Assembly: GCA_965261735.1 (NCBI GenBank)
Contig: OZ253470.1
Coordinates: 736,001-800,000 of the forward strand
Direction: 5' to 3'
From: Alphaproteobacteria bacterium
Lineage (GTDB): Bacteria; Pseudomonadota; Alphaproteobacteria; SHVV01
Length of the DNA stretch: 64,000 bases
Each line of letters starts with the position of its first letter. The stretch's first letter is position 1. This document shows, one piece after another, positions 11,994-21,706 of this stretch. Position numbers and translations under genes: made by a program. The notes beneath the pieces were generated by a model. It saw nothing but the letters and a program-made list of their open reading frames with translations, ran no database searches and had not been told where the DNA came from.

Positions 11994-12173
11994 CTAGGCG
12001 GGGGCGGCGTTGGCGCCGTGGGGGTCGTGCTCGAGAAGCTCGCCCATGGTTTCGCATTTGCGGGCGTACTTCTCCAGATCCTCCGAGAAGTGCGGATTCT
12101 GGGTGCTGATGATGCGGTAGAAGCCGGCCGCGTCGCGGAGTGTTTTCGCCGCCAGTACCGTGTTCGTCGCCAT
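11994..12173 (-). CDS. Small hypothetical protein (59 aa)
   Basis: Below the ORF-track cutoff; AAGGGGG RBS; MATNTVLAAKTLRDAAGFYRIISTQNPHFSEDLEKYARKCETMGELLEHDPHGANAAPA; GC3-rich codons. Confidence 0.75.
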   Translation of the reverse strand: MATNTVLAAKTLRDAAGFYRIISTQNPHFSEDLEKYARKCETMGELLEHDPHGANAAPA

Positions 12174-12347
12174 GATGGCCCCCTTATCCGAAGGAACGAT
12201 GGCTCGCCCTCGCGGGCGCCTGTTGCAATCTAGCGCCGCCGGTGTGGCGGCCCTATGACGGCGGTCACAGGGGCGCTCGATTGGCGCGGAACTCCTGGCC
12301 GCGACCGTTTCTGTTATCCTCGCTGACCCACCAGCGGGAGCTCACGC

Positions 12348-13115
12348 ATGGCCGCGACACGCAGGATCGATCTTACGGGCGAGGTCGCGCTGATCACCGG
12401 CGCGGGCCAGGGACTGGGCCGCGGCATCGCGCAGGCATTCACCGCCTGGGGCGCGAAAGTCGCCCTTGCCGACATCGACGCGACGGCAGCGGCGGCAACG
12501 CTGCATGATATCGAGGCCGCCGGAGGCACCGGCGAGGCCTATCCGCTCGACGTCACCCGAGCCGACGAGGTGCGCCAGGTCGTCGCCTCGGTAGCCGACG
12601 ACCTCGGCGGGCTCAACCTGGCCGTGAACTGCGCCGGCGTCCATTCGGTGGCCCCCGTGGTCGACCTCGACCCCGCCGAATGGCGGCGCGTGCTGGAGGT
12701 CAATGCCACCGGCGTCTTCCTGGTCAGCCAAGCGGCGGCACGGCTGATGATCGCCCGCGGCGGCCCCGGCTCCATCGTATCCATCGCCTCGACCTCGGCC
12801 AAGAGCGGCCGTGCCGGCGCGGCCCACTACGCGGCCTCGAAATTTGCCGTCGTCGGCTTCACCCAGGCGCTGGCCAAGGAGCTGGCGGAGCACGACATCC
12901 TCGTCAACGCGGTCTGTCCGGGGAGCGTCGCAACCCCGATGTTCGACCGCCTCATCGCCGAGCGCGGCGTCACCACGGCCGACATACACGCCAATCAGCT
13001 CCTGAAGCGCTTTCAAACCGGCGAGGACATTGCCTACGCGGTGGCGTTCCTCCACACTTCGCGCGCCATGACCGGGCAGGCGATCAACACCGACGGCGGC
13101 AGCGTGTTCCACTAG
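12348..13115 (+). CDS. SDR family oxidoreductase
   Basis: TGAGQGLG, NCAGV, YAASK. Confidence 0.92.
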   Translation: MAATRRIDLTGEVALITGAGQGLGRGIAQAFTAWGAKVALADIDATAAAATLHDIEAAGGTGEAYPLDVTRADEVRQVVASVADDLGGLNLAVNCAGVHSVAPVVDLDPAEWRRVLEVNATGVFLVSQAAARLMIARGGPGSIVSIASTSAKSGRAGAAHYAASKFAVVGFTQALAKELAEHDILVNAVCPGSVATPMFDRLIAERGVTTADIHANQLLKRFQTGEDIAYAVAFLHTSRAMTGQAINTDGGSVFH

Positions 13116-13133
13116 CGAGGCGCGAGAGCGGCA

Positions 13134-13841
13134 ATGACCGAAACGACCGAGTTCGAAGGCTTTCCGCGCGGGCTGGTGGACTTTCTGGCCGCGCTCCAGG
13201 CCAACAACAACGCGACCTGGTTCAAGGCGCACCGCGGCGACTACGAGTCGCTCATGGTGGCGCCGGCACGCGCCTTCGTGGTCGCGATAGGTGCGCGCCT
13301 CGGCGCCATCTCCCGCGGCATCCGGGCCGACCCGCGGAGCGGCGGCTCGCTCATGCGCGTCAACCGCGATACCCGCTTCAGCCGCGACAAGACGCCGTAC
13401 AAATCATGGCTCGACCTGTGGTTCTGGGAGGGCGAAAAGCGCTCGCGCGAGTGCCCCGGCCTGTTCTTCCGCCTGCGCCCCGACATGCTGACCCTGGGCG
13501 CCGGCATGCACATGTTCGGCAAGCCCGAGCTCGAGACCTATCGCGCCGCGGTGGTCGATCCCAAGCTCGGTCGAGCGCTGCGCTCTGCGATCACGGAAGT
13601 CCGCAGCGCCGGCGAGGTCGAACTCGGCGGCCGCCAGTACAAGCGGGTGCCCGCCGGATTCGATGCGGCGCACGAGAACGCCGAACTCCTCTTGCACAAC
13701 GGCCTTTACGCCGGGGCCGACATGGCACCCGTGCCGGACGTGATGTTCGCGGCCGGCGCCGTCGATTATTGCTTGGAGGGCTTCCGGCGCTGGGCGCCGA
13801 TCCAGCAGTGGCTGGTCAAAGCGTTGGCGACGGTGCCCTAG
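13134..13841 (+). CDS. DUF2461 family protein
   Basis: FLAALQANNNATWFKAHRGDYE, RVNRDTRFSRDKTPYK. Confidence 0.88.
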   Translation: MTETTEFEGFPRGLVDFLAALQANNNATWFKAHRGDYESLMVAPARAFVVAIGARLGAISRGIRADPRSGGSLMRVNRDTRFSRDKTPYKSWLDLWFWEGEKRSRECPGLFFRLRPDMLTLGAGMHMFGKPELETYRAAVVDPKLGRALRSAITEVRSAGEVELGGRQYKRVPAGFDAAHENAELLLHNGLYAGADMAPVPDVMFAAGAVDYCLEGFRRWAPIQQWLVKALATVP

Positions 13842-13876
13842 GGGCGAGGCGGCTGCGGGTGGCCAGGGGTTCGGGC

Positions 13877-14155
13877 ATGGTGCGCAGGCGACAGCCGGGC
13901 CGTGATTGGCCACTCGCGCGGCTCAAGAACATCGGACCCGTGAGCGCCCAGCACCTCGCCGCCGCGGGAATCGAGACGGAGGCCGACTTGCGCGCGCTCG
14001 GTGCGGCTGCCGCCTACCGCCGCGTCAAGCACCGTGAGCCGCGCCACACGAGCGTGGTGTTGCTCTATGCCCTAGAGGGCGCCTTGGGGGGCCTCCACTG
14101 GAACGCCCTTCCCGCCGCGACCAAGGCGAGGCTCCGCCGCGAGGTGGGCGCTTAG
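13877..14155 (+). CDS. TfoX C-terminal-like HhH protein
   Basis: LKNIGPVSAQHLAAAGIET..LRALGAAAAY..LLYALEGALGGLHW. Confidence 0.82.
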   Translation: MVRRRQPGRDWPLARLKNIGPVSAQHLAAAGIETEADLRALGAAAAYRRVKHREPRHTSVVLLYALEGALGGLHWNALPAATKARLRREVGA

Positions 14156-15459
14156 GTCTTGATTTCGAGTGTCGGCCCGTCCGGGCAAGCCTCTTCGCTC
14201 GGCGCCAGCGTGAACAGCTCCTGGGGCTTGCGCACGCCGCGCAGCGCATAGCGGCCGAGCGAGACGAGCCGCCTCTTGCACTGACCGGCCGCCGCAGCGA
14301 AGGCCGAGGAGATCACGAGATCCTGATCGAGCGAGGCGCACATCGCCACGATCCGGCTGACCTCGTTGACCGCGGGGCCAACGACCGTGAAATCGAGGCG
14401 GTCGCGGGCACCGATATTCCCGTACATTACGTTGCCGAGGTGCAGCGCCAGATACATCTCGGCGACCGGAAGCCCGGCCGCACGGCGCTCGGTATTGAGG
14501 GCCGCCACCCGCGCCTGGGCTTCCTCGGCAGCATCGAGCGCGCTCGGGCAAACATCGGCGCGCGCATCATCATCGAGCTTGAAGATCGCCAGCAAGCCGT
14601 CACCGAGGAACTTCAGCACCTGGCCGCCGTGTTCCTGCACCGGCTCGACCATGCACTCGAAATACTCGTTGAGCATGGTAATGAGCTGCTCCTGCGGTGC
14701 ACGGTCGGCGATCCGGGTGAAGCCCTGGAGGTCGCAGTACCACAACACGGCGCGGATGGTTTCCACCGAGCCGCGACTGATTTCGCCGCTGAGCACCCGC
14801 TCGCCAGCGTCCCGACCAAGATAGGTGCCCACGACATCGTGGGCGATACGGCGGGTGGAGGCGGCCTTGAAGGCGAGCGCAAAGACCGGCAACAGCTGCT
14901 CGACCGAGAAGATGTCGTCGTCGCTGAAGCCGCCAGGTTGGTCCGACGTCCACGACGAGACGATGCCGTCGGGCTTGGCATCCGCGCGATCCGTTCTGCG
15001 GCCGAAAGGGGTCATCACCGCGAGGTAATCCGTGGCCCCCTTCTCACGAAGCTCGTCGAGCAGGGGGAATTCGGAGCGGACGTTGGTCGCCTCGAGCCGC
15101 CGGCGCATCTTCATGGTGCCGGTCGTGGCCATGTGCTGGAACGGGCTCGTCTCCCATGCCTTGCCGTCTTCGACATCGGTGCGGTCCCAGCCCTGTTGCT
15201 TGACCTCGGTCTCACCACGGTTCCACTCGAAGGTGTGGCCGGCATAGATCGGGTGCAGCGTGCGCTGACCCATATAGGCGCGCTTGAGCGGGACTCCACT
15301 TGCGATAATGCGCTCGCAGAATCCTTGCACCAAGCTAGCCTCGGACGCGCCGCCCAACCCCTCGGCAACGATCCACTCGGCGATCTCGAGGGTATCCTGG
15401 AGGTCCATCTTGCCGGCAAGCACCGGAGCCTTTGTAACCGCGCTGTCCATCCCCACCAT
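14152..15459 (-). CDS. Adenylate/guanylate cyclase domain protein (alphaproteobacterial N-terminal sensor-like domain)
   Basis: WYCDLQGFT, LKFLGDGLLA, GARDRLDFTVVGPAVNEVSR. Confidence 0.9.
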   Translation of the reverse strand: MVGMDSAVTKAPVLAGKMDLQDTLEIAEWIVAEGLGGASEASLVQGFCERIIASGVPLKRAYMGQRTLHPIYAGHTFEWNRGETEVKQQGWDRTDVEDGKAWETSPFQHMATTGTMKMRRRLEATNVRSEFPLLDELREKGATDYLAVMTPFGRRTDRADAKPDGIVSSWTSDQPGGFSDDDIFSVEQLLPVFALAFKAASTRRIAHDVVGTYLGRDAGERVLSGEISRGSVETIRAVLWYCDLQGFTRIADRAPQEQLITMLNEYFECMVEPVQEHGGQVLKFLGDGLLAIFKLDDDARADVCPSALDAAEEAQARVAALNTERRAAGLPVAEMYLALHLGNVMYGNIGARDRLDFTVVGPAVNEVSRIVAMCASLDQDLVISSAFAAAAGQCKRRLVSLGRYALRGVRKPQELFTLAPSEEACPDGPTLEIKT

Positions 15460-15597
15460 CGCTTCCCTAAGGGCGGGCCGTGCCGCTACGGCGCGGCCCC
15501 GTTCCGACAATTCATAAATGGGTGCGCGGGCCGCGTTTTGCCACCAAAAAGGGCTGTAATATGGGGTTATGTGGGCGCGGTGCGCGAAAGACGGAAC

Positions 15598-16062
15598 ATG
15601 AAGGCGGAGCTCGAACTCGACCTCCACGGCCGGCGCCGCCCGGAGCGCGACGCGGGCCCGCTCGCACGCGGTGTCGGCCGCTTGTTCGGCCATATGGGCT
15701 ACGGCGTGCTCGCCGAGTTTCGGCTTAGCTCGGGGCGCCGCGTCGACCTCATCGGCCTCAACCGCAGGGGCGAGGTCGTGATCGCCGAGATCAAGTCCTC
15801 GGTTGCCGATTTCCGCGCCGACCACAAATGGCCCGAATATCTGGCGCACTGCGACAGGTTCTACTTCGCCGTCGCCGAGGATTTCCCGCGCGACCTGGCG
15901 CCGGCCGAAGTAGGGCTCATCATCGCCGACCGCTTCGTCGCCGAGGTCGTGCGCGCGGCGCCAACCCATCCCATGGCGGGCACGCTGCGCAGCAAGGAAA
16001 CCCGCCGCTTCGCCCTCTACGCCGCCAACCGCCTACGCCACCTCCAGGACCCGGAACCCTGA
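15598..16062 (+). CDS. mmcB: MmcB family DNA repair protein
   Basis: SGRRVDLIGL..IAEIKSSVADFRADHKWPEYLAHCDRFYFAV. Confidence 0.88.
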   Translation: MKAELELDLHGRRRPERDAGPLARGVGRLFGHMGYGVLAEFRLSSGRRVDLIGLNRRGEVVIAEIKSSVADFRADHKWPEYLAHCDRFYFAVAEDFPRDLAPAEVGLIIADRFVAEVVRAAPTHPMAGTLRSKETRRFALYAANRLRHLQDPEP

Positions 16063-16072
16063 CAGGGGGCGG

Positions 16073-17059
16073 CTAGCGATACGGGTCGGCGGTGCTTAGA
16101 TACTCGCGCACGTAAGCTTCGACGCCTGCTTCCAGCGTTGTGAGGGGCGCGGCGTAGCCGGCGGCGCGTAGGCGCTCGATGCGGGCTTGCGTGAAGTACT
16201 GGTAGCGCGGCCGCAGGTCCTCGGGGGTATTGACGTAATCGACCGCCGCGCCCGCCGGGAGCGCCGCACCCACCGCCGCCGCGAGATCGGCGAAGCTGCG
16301 CGCGCCTCCGGTGCCGACGTTGAACAGGCCGCACACGCCCGCGTTGTCGAGCAGCCACAGCACCACGCCCACGCAGTCGTCGACGTAGACGAAATCCCGG
16401 AGCTGGCCGCCGTCGGCGTAGTCCGGGTGGTGCGACTTGAAGAGTCGGATGGGCCGGCCCGCGGCTGCCGCCTCGTAAGCCTGGTGGACGACGCTGCGCA
16501 TCGCGCCCTTGTGGTACTCGTTGGGACCGTAGGCGTTGAAGAACTTGAGGCCCGCCCACTGTGGCGGCAGCGCAGCGCCCGCCGCCACCAGCCTGGCGAC
16601 GCGGCGATCGAACAGGTGCTTGCTCCAGCCATATAGGTTGAGGGGCCGGAGCTCGGCCAGCGCGGCGATCGCAGCGTCATCGTCGAAGCCCCGGCTGCCG
16701 TCGCCGTAAGTAGCGGCGGAGGAGGCGTAGATGAAGCGCGTTTCATGGCCCGCGCACCATGCCCACAGGTTGAGCGAGAAGGCAAAGTTCTGCGCCACCA
16801 CGAGATCGGCATCGCGCTCGGTGGTCGAGCTCACCGCGCCCATGTGGATGATCGCCTCGACGCGGCCCGCGTGGTCGTCGAGATAGCCGGCCAGCGCCGG
16901 CGGCGCGACGAGGGCGGCGACCTCGTGCTTGGCGAGGTTGCGCCATTTGTCGCCGCTGCCGAGCACGTCGCACACCACGACGTCGCCGTGTTCGCGCGCC
17001 GAAAGGGCGGCGACGATATTGGAGCCGATAAAACCGGCCCCTCCGGTAACGACGATCAT
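16073..17059 (-). CDS. hldD: ADP-L-glycero-D-manno-heptose 6-epimerase
   Basis: MIVVTGGAGFIGSN, YASSAATYG, PLNLYGWSK, YGPNEYHKG, YQYFTQA. Confidence 0.93.
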   Translation of the reverse strand: MIVVTGGAGFIGSNIVAALSAREHGDVVVCDVLGSGDKWRNLAKHEVAALVAPPALAGYLDDHAGRVEAIIHMGAVSSTTERDADLVVAQNFAFSLNLWAWCAGHETRFIYASSAATYGDGSRGFDDDAAIAALAELRPLNLYGWSKHLFDRRVARLVAAGAALPPQWAGLKFFNAYGPNEYHKGAMRSVVHQAYEAAAAGRPIRLFKSHHPDYADGGQLRDFVYVDDCVGVVLWLLDNAGVCGLFNVGTGGARSFADLAAAVGAALPAGAAVDYVNTPEDLRPRYQYFTQARIERLRAAGYAAPLTTLEAGVEAYVREYLSTADPYR

Positions 17060-17069
17060 CGCGCCCGCA

Positions 17070-18542
17070 CTACCGGGCGAGCTTGGCCAGCGTGTCGGTG
17101 GTGCTGTAGCCGGGCTTCACGGTCGCGAGCAGCACCTGGCCGCCGTAGTCACGGACGAACGCGCCCCCGACCACTTCGTCCAACGCGTAGTCGGCGCCTT
17201 TGACGAGGACGTCCGGGCGCAGCGCCTCGATCAGGCCCATCGGCGTGTCGTCGTCGAACGGCACTAGGAGATCGACCGTGCCGTGCGAGGCGAGCAGGAC
17301 CGCGCGCTCGCGCTCCTTGTTGAAGGGCCGGCCGGCGCCCTTGAGGCGGCGGGTCGAGGCGTCCGAGTTGAGGCCCACGACGAGTCGGTCGCAGGCGGCG
17401 CGCGCCTGCTCGAGCAGGGAGACGTGGCCCGGGTGAAGCAGGTCGAAGCAGCCGTTGGTGAAGCCGATGCGCAAGCCCCGGCGGCGCCATTCGGCGGCGC
17501 GTGCGAGCGCCGCCTCGAGGGAGTCGATCTTGGCCTCGCTAGTCGAGACCTGGGCGTGGTGAAGCGCCGCCGAGATTTCTCGCGGGTAGGCGGCCGCGGT
17601 TCCCGACTTGCCGACCACGATGGCCGCCGCGTAGTTGGCGAGCGCGGCCGCCTCCACAAGGGGTGCCCCCGCCGCGGTCGCGACGGCCACCGCGGCGATC
17701 ACCGTGTCGCCGGCACCGGAGACGTCGAAGACCGCGCGCGCGCGTACGGGGAGGTGGGCGACCGCGCCGCCGGCCTCGACCAGCGTCATGCCGCGCTCGC
17801 CGCGGGTGACCAGCACCGCTGCGATAGCGCACAATTCGATGATCGAGCCGGCCGCGGCCGCCACGTCGTCGTCGCTCTCGAGAGTCCGGCCCACGGCCGC
17901 CGCGAGCTCGCGCTGGTTGGGAGTGATGAGGTCGGCGCCGCCATAGCGTGCGAAATCGCGGGCCTTGGGATCGACGAGGACGGGAGCTCCGGCGGCCTTG
18001 GCGCGACCCAGGATTTCGCGCACGAGGTCCTCGCTCAACACGCCCTTGCCGTAGTCGGACAGCACGACCGGGGTCGGCGGGCTCGCCGCGCTCACCGCAT
18101 TATCGAAGGCGGCGAGCAGGGTTCGCACACGGGCCGGGGCGAGCGGCAAGGTATGCTCGCGGTCGGCGCGCAACAGCTGTTGGATGCCGGCCACGTAGCG
18201 CGTTTTCACGGTGGTGCGGCCCCGCGCCTCGACACACAGCGTCGCCTGCACCCGGGGCTCGCGCTTGAGGAGCCGTTCGAGCTCGGCGCCGGCGGTGTCC
18301 TTGCCGCGCCGCGCGAGCAGCGTTGCGCACGCACCCAAGGCGACGATGTTGCGCACGACGTTGGCGGCGCCGCCCGGCATTGCCTCCTCGCGATCGACGC
18401 GCACGATCGGGATCGGCGCCTCGGGCGAAACCCGGTCGACGCTCCCGTAGACGTAGCGATCGAGCATGACGTCCCCGATGCACACGACGTGACGGCCCGG
18501 AATGCGGTCGAGCCAGCGCTGCAGTGCATGCGGTTGGGTCAT
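17070..18542 (-). CDS. hldE: Bifunctional heptose-7-phosphate kinase / heptose-1-phosphate adenylyltransferase
   Basis: GDVMLDRY, RVSPEAPIP, SDYGKG, DVSGAGDT, FTNGCFDLLHPGH. Confidence 0.95.
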   Translation of the reverse strand: MTQPHALQRWLDRIPGRHVVCIGDVMLDRYVYGSVDRVSPEAPIPIVRVDREEAMPGGAANVVRNIVALGACATLLARRGKDTAGAELERLLKREPRVQATLCVEARGRTTVKTRYVAGIQQLLRADREHTLPLAPARVRTLLAAFDNAVSAASPPTPVVLSDYGKGVLSEDLVREILGRAKAAGAPVLVDPKARDFARYGGADLITPNQRELAAAVGRTLESDDDVAAAAGSIIELCAIAAVLVTRGERGMTLVEAGGAVAHLPVRARAVFDVSGAGDTVIAAVAVATAAGAPLVEAAALANYAAAIVVGKSGTAAAYPREISAALHHAQVSTSEAKIDSLEAALARAAEWRRRGLRIGFTNGCFDLLHPGHVSLLEQARAACDRLVVGLNSDASTRRLKGAGRPFNKERERAVLLASHGTVDLLVPFDDDTPMGLIEALRPDVLVKGADYALDEVVGGAFVRDYGGQVLLATVKPGYSTTDTLAKLAR

Positions 18543-18555
18543 GGAGGAGACATCG

Positions 18556-19134
18556 TCAGACGAGCCCCAGTTCCGCTTCCAGCGCGCCGCACAGCATCTG
18601 GCCGAGGGTGATGTGCATCTCCTGAATCCGGGCGGTCGTTGTCGAGGGCACGAGAATCAAGGGATCGGCAAGGCCCGGCAGCCTGCCCCCCGTGCCCCCC
18701 GAGAGCGCCGCCGCCACGGCGCCGATCTCGCGCGCGGCCTCGAGCCCGAGAATCACGTTGCGGCTGTTGCCCGAGGTGGTGAGCGCGATCGCGACATCGC
18801 CGGCGCCGCACAACGCGCGCACCTGCCGGGCGAACAGCTCGTCGAACCCGAGGTCGTTGCCGATGGCGGTCAGGGCCGAGGTGTCCGTGGTCAGCGCCAG
18901 CGCCGCGATCGCTGCGCGGTTGCGGCGGTAGCGCACGACGAGCTCGGCCGCCAAATGCTGCGCGTCCGCGGCACTGCCGCCGTTGCCGAAGAACACGAGC
19001 TTGTGGCCCGCGCGCGCGGCGCCGACGGCGGCCTCGACGAGGCGCAGGAACGGCGCCCGCGCGGCGCCCGCGGTGGCTTCGGCCACCGCCCGATGCTCGG
19101 CAAACTCGGCGTCGTAGAAGCTATCGAGGTCCAT
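18556..19134 (-). CDS. gmhA: Phosphoheptose (sedoheptulose-7-P) isomerase
   Basis: GNGGSAADAQH, TAIGND, TSGNS, ARIQEMH. Confidence 0.95.
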   Translation of the reverse strand: MDLDSFYDAEFAEHRAVAEATAGAARAPFLRLVEAAVGAARAGHKLVFFGNGGSAADAQHLAAELVVRYRRNRAAIAALALTTDTSALTAIGNDLGFDELFARQVRALCGAGDVAIALTTSGNSRNVILGLEAAREIGAVAAALSGGTGGRLPGLADPLILVPSTTTARIQEMHITLGQMLCGALEAELGLV

Positions 19135-19215
19135 GGCCCGCGATCGTCTCGTGGCGCCACCTTGTATCGGAAAATCGCCGCCCGCGCCACGCGCGCGGGT
19201 GCGCGGGTGCGCGCC

Positions 19216-19959
19216 TCAGGTCGAGAGCACCCGTATGCCCGTGCCTTCGAGGATGAGGCACGACAGGCAGCCCGAGGCAAAGGCGCCGGTATCGACGCCG
19301 ATGCGGTTGTCACGTACCACGACATGCTGCGAGATCGAGTGGCCGTGCACGACGCGCACACCGTGATCGGCTTCCGCCTCGAGGAACTCGCTCCGGATCC
19401 ACATCAGGTCCTCGCCGCGCTGCTCGTCGAGGGCGACACCGGGGCGGATGCCGGCATGCACGAACAGGTAGTCGCCGATCCTGTGAGTCAGCCCCAAGCC
19501 GTCGAGAAACGCGCGGTGGCGGGCCGGTAGCTGCTCGTTGAGGGCGCGCCGGGCCGCCTCGAAATCATGGCGGGTGACCCCAGCGAGCTCGACCTCATAG
19601 CTTCGTACCGTCGCCCCGGCGCCGTTGAGGAACCAGGACTCGCCGAACCTCGAATCCTCGAGGAAGCTCAGCATCAGGTCCTCGTGGTTGCCCTTGAGGT
19701 GAACCGCGGTGAACCCGGGCAGCGAAGGGGAGAGCAGGCGGTCGATGACGCCGCGGACGGCGAAGCCGCGATCGACGTAGTCGCCGAGGTAGACGATCGA
19801 CTTCGCCAACTCCCCAGCGCCGAGGGCATCGATATGAATGGCTTCGTGGAGCTCGTCGAGGAGATCGGCGCGGCCATGGATGTCGCCAATGGCATAGACA
19901 CGCTGCCCCTCGGGCACGCGCGACGCAGACCCTTCTTGCCGTTCGACTCCTGGCTGCAT
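19216..19959 (-). CDS. Metallophosphoesterase (Ser/Thr phosphatase-like)
   Basis: IGDIHG, LGDYVDRG, KGNHE, FVHAG, VHGH; start uncertain. Confidence 0.88.
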   Translation of the reverse strand: MQPGVERQEGSASRVPEGQRVYAIGDIHGRADLLDELHEAIHIDALGAGELAKSIVYLGDYVDRGFAVRGVIDRLLSPSLPGFTAVHLKGNHEDLMLSFLEDSRFGESWFLNGAGATVRSYEVELAGVTRHDFEAARRALNEQLPARHRAFLDGLGLTHRIGDYLFVHAGIRPGVALDEQRGEDLMWIRSEFLEAEADHGVRVVHGHSISQHVVVRDNRIGVDTGAFASGCLSCLILEGTGIRVLST

Positions 19960-20113
19960 GTCGGCGATGAGAGGCTCCCCGCGCGCACGATGCGCGACCC
20001 CGGCGCCACTATGCGGCAATCACCCGGACGGCGCAAAGGGGGCCGCCGCCCGCGCGAAGCGCGCACGCTCGCGATCCTTTCGCGGGGACCCCATTTCACG
20101 CCATAGTGGCGCC

Positions 20114-20869
20114 ATGAGCGATGCTGCGATCGAGGTCGAGTCGCTAACCAAGCGCTACGGCGAGGTTCTTGCCGTCGACGCCATAACGTTCGCCATTCCG
20201 GCGGGCGCCTCGGTCGGACTCCTGGGCGGCAACGGCGCCGGCAAGACGACGACGATCGCCATGCTGCTCGGCGTCATCATACCGACCGCCGGTCGCATCA
20301 AGATGCTCGGCGAGGACATCCTGCGGCATCGCTTTCGCGTGCTGCCGAGGACCAACTTCTCCTCGCCGTACGTCGATCTGCCGAAGCGCCTCACGGTCGA
20401 GCAAAACCTGCGCGTGTACGCCCGGCTCTACGGCGTGCGCGGGGCGGCGGCAAAGATCGCCGAGCTCGCGGTCGCGCTCGATGTCGCCGACTTCCTGAAG
20501 CGCCCCTTCGGCAGCCTGTCGTCGGGCCAAAAGACCCGCGTCGCGCTCGCCAAGGCACTCATCAACGACCCCGTGCTGCTGCTGTTGGACGAGCCCACCG
20601 CGTCGCTCGATCCCGACACCGCGGACTGGGTGCGGACCTACCTCAAGGACTACCAGACCCGAACCGGTGCCACGATCGTGCTGGCCTCGCACAACATGCT
20701 CGAGGTCGAGCGCATCTGCAACGACGTGCTGGTACTCAAGACGGGCCGCATCGTCGACCGTGGCTCGCCCACCTACCTGATCGACAAGTACGGGCGCCAA
20801 ACCCTCGAGGAGGTGTTCCTCGACATTGCCCGCGGCAGCGCCGGCACCGTAAGGACGGCGGCACAGTGA
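20114..20869 (+). CDS. ABC transporter ATP-binding protein
   Basis: GGNGAGKTT, LSSGQ, LLLDEPT. Confidence 0.92.
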   Translation: MSDAAIEVESLTKRYGEVLAVDAITFAIPAGASVGLLGGNGAGKTTTIAMLLGVIIPTAGRIKMLGEDILRHRFRVLPRTNFSSPYVDLPKRLTVEQNLRVYARLYGVRGAAAKIAELAVALDVADFLKRPFGSLSSGQKTRVALAKALINDPVLLLLDEPTASLDPDTADWVRTYLKDYQTRTGATIVLASHNMLEVERICNDVLVLKTGRIVDRGSPTYLIDKYGRQTLEEVFLDIARGSAGTVRTAAQ

Positions 20870-21702
20870 GCGCGCCCAGCGCCGAGCGATCGACCGCCAG
20901 CGGGCCGCGGCTCGCCGCCGGCCGCATCGGCGCTCTCGTACTGCGCTACACCTACCTGATCTACGGCTCCTGGCCGCGCCTCATCGAGATGGCGTACTGG
21001 CCGACCGTGCAGATCATCCTGTGGGGCTTCATCAGCCAGTTCCTGATTGCCCACTCGAGCTACTTGGCGCAGGCCTTCGGCGTTCTGCTGGCGGCGGTGA
21101 TGCTGTGGGACGTGATGTTCCGCAGCCAGCTCGGCGTGTCGATCTCGTTCCTCGAGGAGATCTGGTCGCGCAACCTCGGCCACCTGTTCGTGAGCCCCTT
21201 ACGACCCTATGAGTTCGCTATCGCGCTGATGGTGATGAGCCTCATTCGCACGCTGTTCGGTCTCCTGCCTGCGGCCCTTCTCGCCATGGCCTTCTTCGGC
21301 TTCAACGTCTTCGAGCTTGGCCTGTCGCTGATCGGCTTCTTCTTCAATCTTGTCGTCATGGGGTGGAGCATCGCCCTCGTCATCTGCGGCCTCATCCTGC
21401 GGTTCGGGCTCGGCGCCGAGAGTCTCGCCTGGGCGTTCATGTTCGGGCTCGCGCCGCTGTGCGGCATCTACTACCCGGTCTCGGTGCTGCCCGACTGGCT
21501 ACAGCCGGTGGCCTACGCCCTGCCGGCGAGCCACGTGTTCGAGGGCATGCGCGCGGTCGTCATCGACAACGTGGTGCGCACCGACCTCTTGCTCAACGCC
21601 CTCGCTCTCAACGTCGTTTTCCTCGCCGTCGGGACCGTAGTGTTCGCGATCTTCTTCCGGGTCGCGCGACTGCGCGGCCAGCTCTTCCAGCTCGGCGAAT
21701 GA
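20866..21702 (+). CDS. ABC-2 type transporter permease
   Basis: About six TM segments, YYPVSVLPDWLQ; GTGA overlap with the ATPase gene. Confidence 0.9.
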   Translation: MSAPSAERSTASGPRLAAGRIGALVLRYTYLIYGSWPRLIEMAYWPTVQIILWGFISQFLIAHSSYLAQAFGVLLAAVMLWDVMFRSQLGVSISFLEEIWSRNLGHLFVSPLRPYEFAIALMVMSLIRTLFGLLPAALLAMAFFGFNVFELGLSLIGFFFNLVVMGWSIALVICGLILRFGLGAESLAWAFMFGLAPLCGIYYPVSVLPDWLQPVAYALPASHVFEGMRAVVIDNVVRTDLLLNALALNVVFLAVGTVVFAIFFRVARLRGQLFQLGE

Positions 21703-21706
21703 AGCC

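Noticed and set aside
3440-14155. Integrative island anchored at tRNA-Arg
   Set aside because: No integrase and no direct repeat of the tRNA 3' end found by eye; composition looks host-like.
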